This document shows, one piece after another, positions 26,747-32,000 of a DNA stretch of 32,000 nt. This stretch comes from Pseudodesulfovibrio mercurii. Lineage in GTDB: Bacteria > Desulfobacterota > Desulfovibrionia > Desulfovibrionales > Desulfovibrionaceae. The stretch is from positions 510,001 to 542,000 of the forward strand of contig NC_016803.1 in the NCBI RefSeq assembly GCF_000189295.2, read 5' to 3'. The position numbers and the translations under genes are program-made. Numbering within the stretch: position 1 is the stretch's first letter; every line of letters starts with the position of its first letter. The notes below the pieces were generated by a model. The model did not search any database and was not told the DNA's origin. It saw nothing but the letters and a program-made list of their open reading frames with translations.

Positions 26747-27193
26747 CTATCTCTCCTCGAATTTCAGGGCCTGGTTGGGGCAGGCGGCCACGCAGGCCGG
26801 TCCGCCCTCTCGCCCTTCGCACAGGTCGCACTTGACGATCTTGTTCTCGATGGGGTGCCGCTTGATGGCCCCGTAGGGGCAGGCCATGAGGCAGGACCAG
26901 CAGCCCACGCACTTGTCGCGGTCGTAGACCGTGCGGCCCGTCTCCGGGTCCTTGTGCAGGCCGCCGGAGATGCAGGCGGCCACGCAGGAGGGCTCGTCGC
27001 AGTGGCGGCAGGAGATGGCCACGCAGATGTCGCCCTTCTCGAAGACCTTCTTGCAGGCGGTCAGCCCGTCCTTGCCCTGCTCTTCGCGGAAGGCGATGAT
27101 CGGGTCCTTGGATTTGGAGTGGGCGGTGATGCAGGCCACTTCGCAGAGGTGGCAGCCGATGCAGTATTCCTTGTCCGGATAGACTCTTTTCAT
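26747..27193 (-). CDS. Poly-[4Fe-4S] ferredoxin-like protein
   Basis: 148 aa with four Cys clusters: CIGCHLCEVAC, CRHCDEPSCVAAC, CVGCWSCLMACP, CDLC-x8-CVAACP. GGAGGA RBS. Confidence 0.85.
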   Translation of the reverse strand: MKRVYPDKEYCIGCHLCEVACITAHSKSKDPIIAFREEQGKDGLTACKKVFEKGDICVAISCRHCDEPSCVAACISGGLHKDPETGRTVYDRDKCVGCWSCLMACPYGAIKRHPIENKIVKCDLCEGREGGPACVAACPNQALKFEER

Positions 27194-27205
27194 GATGTCC
27201 TCCGT

Positions 27206-28735
27206 CTAGCGCCCGGCATGCTTGATGCCGAGGATGTCGAGTTCGGTGTCGGAAAGGCCGACGCCCCGGAGCTTGTCGCGGTTGCCGCGCAGGGACTCGA
27301 TGGAGTTGAGTCCCATGCCGCCGAGCATCTCCTCGATCTCGTGCCCCCAGGCGTGGATCAGGTTGGTCAGCTTGCGGGCCGCGATGTCCGGGTTCTGGCG
27401 CTTGGACAGCTTGGGATCGTTGGTGGCGATGCCCCACGGGCACTTGCCGGTGTAGCACCGGCCGCAGATGGTGCAGCCCACGGCGATGAGCGTGGCCGTG
27501 CCGATGTACACGGCGTCCGCGCCCAGCGCGATGGCCTTGATGACGTCGCCGGAGCAGCGGATGCCGCCCGCGGCCACCACCGAGACGCTGTTGCGGATGC
27601 CCTCGTCGCGCAGCCGCTGGTCCACCTGGGCCAGGGCCAGCTCGATGGGGATGCCGACGTTGTCGCGGATCATGGCCGGGGCCGCGCCCGTGCCGCCGCG
27701 CATGCCGTCGATGGTGATGATGTCCGCGCCCGCCCGGGCGATGCCCGAGGCGATGGCGGCCACGTTGTGCACGGCCGCGATCTTGACCGAGACCGGGGCC
27801 TTGTATTCCGAGGCCTCCTTCAGGGCGTAGATGAGCTGGAGCAGGTCCTCGATGGAGTAGATGTCGTGGTGCGGGGCCGGGGAGATGGCGTCGGACCCGA
27901 TGGGGATCATGCGGGTCTCGGAGACCTTGTCGTTGACCTTGCCGCCGGGCAGGTGCCCGCCGATGCCGGGCTTGGCGCCCTGCCCCACCTTGATCTCGAT
28001 GGCCGCGCCCGCCCGGAGGTAGTCGCGGTGCACCCCGAAGCGGCCCGAGGCCACCTGGACGATGGTGTGCTCGCCGTATTTATATAAGGTCTTGTGCAGC
28101 CCGCCCTCGCCGGTATTGTAATAGGTCCCGCATTCGGTGGCCGCGCGGGCCATGGCCCGGTGCAGATTGAAGTTGATGGCCCCGAAGCTCATGGCCGCGA
28201 ACATGATCGGCACGTCCAGGGTCAGCTGCGGGGTCAGGCGGGTCTTGAGGGTGGTCTTGCCGGTCTTCTTGTCCGTCGTGAGCTCCAGCTTGCGCGGCTT
28301 GGCCCCCAGGAAGGTCTTCAGCTCCATGGGTTCGCGCAGGGGGTCGATGGACGGGTTGGTCACCTGGCTGGCGTCCAGCAGCATGCGGTCCCAGTAGACC
28401 GGGATGTCCACCGGGGAGCCCATGCCCGCCAGGAGCACGCCGCCCGTGTCCGCCTGTTTGTAGATGTTCTGCAGGAACACCGGGCGCCACAGGCTGTTCG
28501 TCCTGAAATCCGACGGCTTCTTGATGATGTTCAGGGCCGCCGTGGGGCACAGGGCCTCGCAGCGGTGACAGCCGATGCACTTGGAGTTGTCGTGCATGAC
28601 CTTTTGCCGGGCTTCATCCCAATAGTGAGCCTCGTACGAACACTGCCGGACGCAGACCTTGCAGTTGATGCACAGCTCCGGGTCCCGTTCAATACAGAAC
28701 TCATGGTAATTCTTGTTGATGGGCTGAAAAAGCAA
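27206..28735 (-). CDS. Glutamate synthase FMN-binding (synthase) domain protein with N-terminal 2x[4Fe-4S] ferredoxin domain
   Basis: 509 aa with an apparent TTG start at 28735 (no in-frame ATG before the first Cys motif). CINCKVCVRQC and CIGCHRCEALCP, then IKVGQGAKPGIGGHLPG, IDGMRGGTGAAP and AAGGIRCSGDV, typical of the GltB FMN domain. Confidence 0.88.
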   Translation of the reverse strand: MLFQPINKNYHEFCIERDPELCINCKVCVRQCSYEAHYWDEARQKVMHDNSKCIGCHRCEALCPTAALNIIKKPSDFRTNSLWRPVFLQNIYKQADTGGVLLAGMGSPVDIPVYWDRMLLDASQVTNPSIDPLREPMELKTFLGAKPRKLELTTDKKTGKTTLKTRLTPQLTLDVPIMFAAMSFGAINFNLHRAMARAATECGTYYNTGEGGLHKTLYKYGEHTIVQVASGRFGVHRDYLRAGAAIEIKVGQGAKPGIGGHLPGGKVNDKVSETRMIPIGSDAISPAPHHDIYSIEDLLQLIYALKEASEYKAPVSVKIAAVHNVAAIASGIARAGADIITIDGMRGGTGAAPAMIRDNVGIPIELALAQVDQRLRDEGIRNSVSVVAAGGIRCSGDVIKAIALGADAVYIGTATLIAVGCTICGRCYTGKCPWGIATNDPKLSKRQNPDIAARKLTNLIHAWGHEIEEMLGGMGLNSIESLRGNRDKLRGVGLSDTELDILGIKHAGR

Positions 28736-29048
28736 GACAGGTAACCTCTCTCGTTAGTTGCCAAAAAAGTCATCCTGCGGACAAGATGGTCGGAGCGCGT
28801 CTCCGAAACTTTCACAATTCGGGCAATACCACCGAATAGCAAAGGGGAGTCACAAAAACACATCACCCTATTCTCTGTCAAGAAAACTTTTAACACGTTG
28901 AATTTCCATGCAATGTATATATTTGGAAAGCGTCTTGACCCATATGCGAAACGTCTTGATCGGCCCGCTACGGACCGGGGAACCGCCCTGCCCCGCTCGT
29001 GGCTTGATATCCCTTGACTTTTGCGGACCACCCGGCTAAGGGATGACC

Positions 29049-29138
29049 ATGCAAACGCACCAGAACCGCTTCGGCTTCTTTTTCTTTTTTAGCTTTCGCT
29101 TTTTTAGAAGCGCCTGCGGTTTCGAGGTGTGCGTGTAG
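29049..29138 (+). CDS. Candidate Phe-rich leader peptide (29 aa)
   Basis: TAAGG (29037-29041) lies 7 nt before the ATG at 29049; there is also an in-frame ATG at 29043. Translation is MQTHQNRFGFFFFFSFRFFRSACGFEVCV, with 10 of 29 Phe. It lies upstream of an intrinsic terminator in a 5' leader. Too short for the ORF track. Confidence 0.45.
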   Translation: MQTHQNRFGFFFFFSFRFFRSACGFEVCV

Positions 29139-29164
29139 CTGACCACAAGTTTCATCCACAACCA

Positions 29165-29200
29165 GGGCCGCAGGCGACAAGCTTGCGGCCCTTTTTGTTT
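29165..29200 (+). terminator. Intrinsic terminator inside the symporter-operon leader (attenuator)
   Basis: GGGCCGCAGGC (29165-29175) pairs with GCTTGCGGCCC (29181-29191): 11 bp with one G-T wobble. GACAA loop, then TTTTTGTTT (29192-29200). No + strand gene lies upstream that would need a terminator. Confidence 0.7.
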
Positions 29201-29241
29201 GCGGCCCAAGCGTCTCCGGCCCGCAACAAAGGGGCAAGATC

Positions 29242-29379
29242 ATGATGCTGGGATTGGGGAGTGTGGAGATCGCGCTGGCCTTCTGGCTGTCCGTGGCGGC
29301 CACGGCGCTGTGCGTCGTTTACGGAATTGTGAACTGGAACAACAAGGGTACCGACAAAACCGGAGGGGGGGCGTCATGA
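29242..29379 (+). CDS. Symporter small accessory membrane protein (45 aa)
   Basis: AAAGGGG RBS 7 nt before the ATG at 29242. Translation is MMLGLGSVEIALAFWLSVAATALCVVYGIVNWNNKGTDKTGGGAS, one TM helix. Its stop TGA overlaps the symporter ATG (ATGA at 29376-29379). Not in the ORF track. Confidence 0.75.
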   Translation: MMLGLGSVEIALAFWLSVAATALCVVYGIVNWNNKGTDKTGGGAS

Positions 29380-30983
29380 CCGGCAAGCTCATCGGCGTTC
29401 TCATCTATCTCGGGGTCATTTTCTATCTCGGCTACCGGGCCTGGCTCAAGACCCGCGAGTCCACGGACTACATGCTCGCCGGACGGAGCATGAACCCGTT
29501 CGTCCTGGCCATGTCCTACGGGGCGACCTTCGTCTCCACCTCGGCCATCGTCGGTTTCGGCGGCGTCTCGGGCATGTTCGGCATGTCCCTGCTCTGGCTG
29601 ACCTTCCTGACCATCTTCGTGGGCATCTTCGTGGCCATGGTCTTCTTCGGCAAGCGCACCCGGCGCATGGGGCTCCAGCTCGATTCCCACACCTTCCCCG
29701 AATTCCTGGGCAGGCGCTACGGCTCCAAGTTCATCCAGCAGTTCTCGGGCGTGGTCATCTTCGTCTTCATCCCGGTCTACGCGGCCGCCGTACTCATCGG
29801 CATCTGCCGCATGCTCGAGGTGGCCTTCCCGGCCGTCTCCTACGGCGTCTGGCTGCTCGTGGTCACCGCCATCGTGGCCCTGTACGTGATCACCGGCGGG
29901 CTCAAGGCGGTCATGTACACCGACGCCTTCCAGGGGACCATCATGGCCGTCATGATGCTCATCCTCATCGTCACCACCTACTCCCTGCTCGGCGGCGTGA
30001 CCGCGGCGCACCAGGCCCTGACCGACATGGTCGCCCTGGTCCCGGCCGGGCTGGCCAAGGGCGGCATGACCGGCTGGACCACCGGCCCGCACCTCCAGTC
30101 CCCCATCGGGCTGACCGTGTACACGACCATCATCTACGGCGTGGGCATCGGCGTGCTGGCCCAGCCGCAGCTGGCCATCCGCTACATGACCGTGCCCTCG
30201 GACCGCGAGCTCAACCGGGCCGTGGCCATCGGCGGCGTGTTCATCCTGCTCATGACCGGCGTGGCCTTCGTCACCGGGGCCCTGTCCAACGTGGTCTTCT
30301 TCCAGAAGTTCGGCAAGATCGCCATCACCATGGCCGACAACAACTTCGACTCCATCATCCCGCTGTACATCGACAAGGTCATGCCCGGCTGGTTCTCCGG
30401 CCTGTTCCTGGTGGCCATGTTCGCGGCGGCCATGTCCACCATGAGCTCCCAGTACCACGTGGGCGGCACCTCGCTGTCCCGCGACTTCCTTGAACAATAC
30501 GTCAACGTGGGCAACGGCGGCTCGTCCATGAAGCTCAACCGGCTGGGCGTGACCGTGGCCATCATCGCCACCCTGGTCTGGGCCTGGCTGCTGCCCGGCG
30601 GGGTCATCGCCCGGGCCACGGCCTTCTTCTTCGGCCTGTGCGCCGCCTCGTTCCTGCCCATCTACGTGCTCGGCCTGTATTGGAGAGGCATGACCAAGAC
30701 CGGGGCCAAGGTCTCCATGGTCGGCGGGTTCTGCTTCTCCATGTTCTGGCTGCTCTTCGTCCACGTCAAGGAAGCGGGCTTCATCGGCCTGTGCCAGGCC
30801 ATGTTCGGCAAGGCCACCCTGGTGTCCGACGCCGCGCCCGGCTCCTGGCTGTGGCTCATGCAGTGGGTCGATCCCAATGTGGTCGCCCTGCCCGTCTCCC
30901 TGGTCCTGGCCGTGGGCGTCAGCCTGGCCACCCGACGAATCGAGGAAAAACACCTCGACCTCTGCTGGGAGGGACTCTGCTGA
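29376..30983 (+). CDS. Sodium:solute symporter (SSS) family transporter, PanF/PutP-like
   Basis: Track ORF 29199..30983 trimmed to the ATG at 29376 (GGAGG 9 nt upstream). 535 aa, about 13 TM segments. DYMLAGRSMNPFVLAMSYGATFVSTSAIVGFGG and LYVITGGLKAVMYTDAFQG are typical SSS motifs. Confidence 0.92.
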   Translation: MTGKLIGVLIYLGVIFYLGYRAWLKTRESTDYMLAGRSMNPFVLAMSYGATFVSTSAIVGFGGVSGMFGMSLLWLTFLTIFVGIFVAMVFFGKRTRRMGLQLDSHTFPEFLGRRYGSKFIQQFSGVVIFVFIPVYAAAVLIGICRMLEVAFPAVSYGVWLLVVTAIVALYVITGGLKAVMYTDAFQGTIMAVMMLILIVTTYSLLGGVTAAHQALTDMVALVPAGLAKGGMTGWTTGPHLQSPIGLTVYTTIIYGVGIGVLAQPQLAIRYMTVPSDRELNRAVAIGGVFILLMTGVAFVTGALSNVVFFQKFGKIAITMADNNFDSIIPLYIDKVMPGWFSGLFLVAMFAAAMSTMSSQYHVGGTSLSRDFLEQYVNVGNGGSSMKLNRLGVTVAIIATLVWAWLLPGGVIARATAFFFGLCAASFLPIYVLGLYWRGMTKTGAKVSMVGGFCFSMFWLLFVHVKEAGFIGLCQAMFGKATLVSDAAPGSWLWLMQWVDPNVVALPVSLVLAVGVSLATRRIEEKHLDLCWEGLC

Positions 30984-31005
30984 TCCGTTTCGACAACGCG
31001 ATCGC

Positions 31006-31039
31006 AAGGCGCCGTTCCGGGAGGGATGGCGCCTTTTTT
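31006..31039 (+). terminator. Intrinsic terminator after the symporter
   Basis: AAGGCGCC (31006-31013) pairs with GGCGCCTT (31028-31035), running into T6 (31034-31039). Confidence 0.8.
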
Positions 31040-31161
31040 CATTGCAATCGGGAGAGGATGCCGACACGCGGCGATGCCGGGTGATTTCGCCCCCGGCGGG
31101 CAGGGATTCGCCCCCGCCGCACCCCATGCGGGGACCGGCGGCGCCGGGGGTGGACCGTTTG

Positions 31162-31190
31162 TTGACAGTTGCTTTTGAAGCGAACATAAA
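31162..31190 (+). promoter_or_regulatory. Sigma70-like promoter candidate for dut
   Basis: TTGACA (31162-31167), a 17-nt spacer, and CATAAA (31185-31190), about 35 nt upstream of the dut ATG. Confidence 0.45.
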
Positions 31191-31225
31191 CAACCATTCG
31201 TTCAACACAAGGATAGAGACGCACA

Positions 31226-31684
31226 ATGAACAAGATCGACGTGAACGTGAAGTTCCTGCACGAGGTTTGGCAAGAAAACGAACTGGCCTACGCCACCGAA
31301 CATTCGGCGGGTCTGGACCTGCGCGCCTGCATCGACGAGGGCGAGATCGAGATCGGCCCCGGCGAAAAGGCCGCCATCCCGGCGGGCGTGGCCATCGAGG
31401 TCCGCGAGCCCAGCGTGGCCGGGTACGTCTTCTCGCGCAGCGGCCTGGGCACCAAGGAAGGGCTGACCGTCAGCCAGGGCGTCGGCGTCATCGATCCGGA
31501 CTACCGCGGGGAGATCAAGGTCTCACTGCTCAATACCTCGGGCGAGGTGCGACGAATAAGGCGCGGACAGCGCATCGCACAGCTCGTCTTCATGCCCGTG
31601 TTTCAAGCGATAATCACCCCCGTGGACGAACTCGGCTCCACCGCGCGCGGCGCGGGCGGATTCGGCTCCACCGGGAAACACTAA
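31226..31684 (+). CDS. dut: dUTP diphosphatase
   Basis: 152 aa. ATEHSAGLDLRA, VFSRSGLG, GVIDPDYRGEI, RIAQLV, and C-terminal RGAGGFGSTG. Confidence 0.95.
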   Translation: MNKIDVNVKFLHEVWQENELAYATEHSAGLDLRACIDEGEIEIGPGEKAAIPAGVAIEVREPSVAGYVFSRSGLGTKEGLTVSQGVGVIDPDYRGEIKVSLLNTSGEVRRIRRGQRIAQLVFMPVFQAIITPVDELGSTARGAGGFGSTGKH

Positions 31685-31698
31685 TAGAGAGAAGCATC

Positions 31699-32000
31699 AT
31701 GTCCGAGAAATTCGAAGCCATAAAGAAACGGGAATCCAATCTCATATGTAATACCTACGGCCGCTATCCCCTGGCCGTGAGCCGGGCCAAGGACTGCCGG
31801 TTGTACGACCTGGACGGCGTGGAGTACCACGACTTCCTGGCGGGCATCGCCGTCTGCTCCCTTGGCCACAGCCGCGAGGACCTGGCCGAGGTCATGGCCG
31901 AACAGGCCCGCAAGATGGTCCACGTCTCCAACCTCTTCTACCAGGAGCCCCAGCTCGACCTGGCCGAGAAGCTGCTGTCCACCTGCGCGGCGGGCAAGGT
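31699..32000 (+). CDS. argD: Acetylornithine aminotransferase (3' end outside window)
   Basis: ATG at 31699, open to the window edge, and not in the ORF track. MSEKFEAIKKRESNLICNTYGRYPLAVSRAKDCRLYDLDGVEYHDFLAGIAVCSLGHS...HVSNLFYQEPQLDLAEKL matches the ArgD N-terminal pattern. Confidence 0.85.
   Translation, partial: MSEKFEAIKKRESNLICNTYGRYPLAVSRAKDCRLYDLDGVEYHDFLAGIAVCSLGHSREDLAEVMAEQARKMVHVSNLFYQEPQLDLAEKLLSTCAAGK

Noticed and set aside
25430-28087. 885-aa + strand ORF, the longest in the track
   Set aside because: It lies entirely antisense to three well-supported - strand genes (flavoprotein, ferredoxin, GltB FMN domain). Its translation is low-complexity and Gly/Asp/His/Val/Ala/Arg-rich with no motifs, typical of a GC-driven shadow ORF.
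28876-28881. Perfect TTGACA on the - strand as the -35 of the glutamate synthase operon
   Set aside because: No acceptable -10 hexamer lies 16-18 nt downstream (only TTTTTG-like sequence). I therefore left it as part of the AT-rich promoter patch rather than calling it a promoter.
28924-28939. Sigma54-like element TGGAAAGCGTCTTGAC on the + strand
   Set aside because: GG and TTG are correctly spaced, but the near-invariant -12 GC is TTGA here. I would not call it without a TSS or conservation.
29014-29042. TTGACT-N17-TAAGGG as sigma70 promoter for the leader
   Set aside because: The -10 lacks the conserved final T. A transcript from it would start at or after the leader ATG. The same TAAGG is better explained as the leader SD.
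29061-29090. Small hairpin (AGAACCG-CTT-CGGCTTCT) plus T-run read as a terminator
   Set aside because: The stem is short and bulged, and no + strand gene lies upstream. The T-run is in frame as Phe codons of the leader ORF, which explains it better.
28968-29303. 111-aa - strand ORF with a Lys-rich stretch (KKAKAKKEKEAEA)
   Set aside because: The Lys run is simply the complement of the Phe-codon run. The ORF spans the terminator hairpins and overlaps the 45-aa accessory ORF antisense, and it has no RBS.
29199-29375. N-terminal extension of the symporter ORF (track start 29199)
   Set aside because: The extension is Arg/Gly-rich and non-hydrophobic, and it overlaps the better-supported 45-aa ORF in another frame. 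The ATG at 29376 has a GGAGG RBS and starts directly with a TM helix.
29319-31226. 635-aa - strand ORF
   Set aside because: It is antisense to the SSS symporter. The composition is Gly/Asp/His/Glu/Pro-rich low complexity, with no TM segments or motifs.
1-32000. Search for tRNA, rRNA, CRISPR arrays, IS elements, integrases, toxin-antitoxin or defence genes
   Set aside because: None found. All intergenic gaps are at most 506 nt and are accounted for by promoters, terminators or the leader. There are no repeat arrays, no inverted-repeat-flanked ORFs and no transposase-like translations.

Overview
High-GC (roughly 60-65% by eye), densely packed chromosomal segment that looks like core genome of a Desulfovibrio-like sulfate reducer. 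That placement is inference, from gene content, the Cys-His-Cys-Cys adenylate kinase lid, SirC next to HemA, a split glutamate synthase beside yajC-secDF, and a symporter with a tiny accessory ORF. All product calls come from motifs I recognise in the translations; no database search was run.

Gene order:
- + strand: CBS/poly(A)-polymerase-family nucleotidyltransferase (5' partial), HIT protein, lapA, lapB, mutS, lipoprotein, lysA, rsmE, rarA.
- - strand: GT9 glycosyltransferase and a CgeB-like protein.
- + strand: sirC-like, hemX/ccsA-like, hemA, a 115-aa orphan ORF, tilS, adk.
- A small divergent pair (secreted protein / PaaK-like adenylate-forming ligase) bracketed by bidirectional terminators.
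- - strand: five-gene split glutamate synthase cluster, then yajC-secD-secF.
- + strand: a 506-nt regulatory region, a 45-codon accessory ORF, an SSS symporter, dut, argD (3' partial).

I found no rRNA, tRNA, CRISPR array, transposase or integrase. Most long ORFs antisense to these genes are GC-driven shadow ORFs.

The most interesting item is not in the ORF track. In the leader of the symporter operon there is a 29-codon ORF with 10 Phe codons (9 within 12 consecutive codons). It is followed by a 9-bp antiterminator pairing that competes with a strong intrinsic terminator. This is the architecture of a Phe-sensing leader-peptide attenuator, here attached to a transporter rather than a biosynthetic operon.

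Other points worth a second look are the split glutamate synthase with its own ferredoxin and flavoprotein, the overlap-coupled sirC-hemX-hemA-orf115-tilS block, and the terminator-bounded secreted-protein/ligase pair with a C9 tract between its divergent starts.
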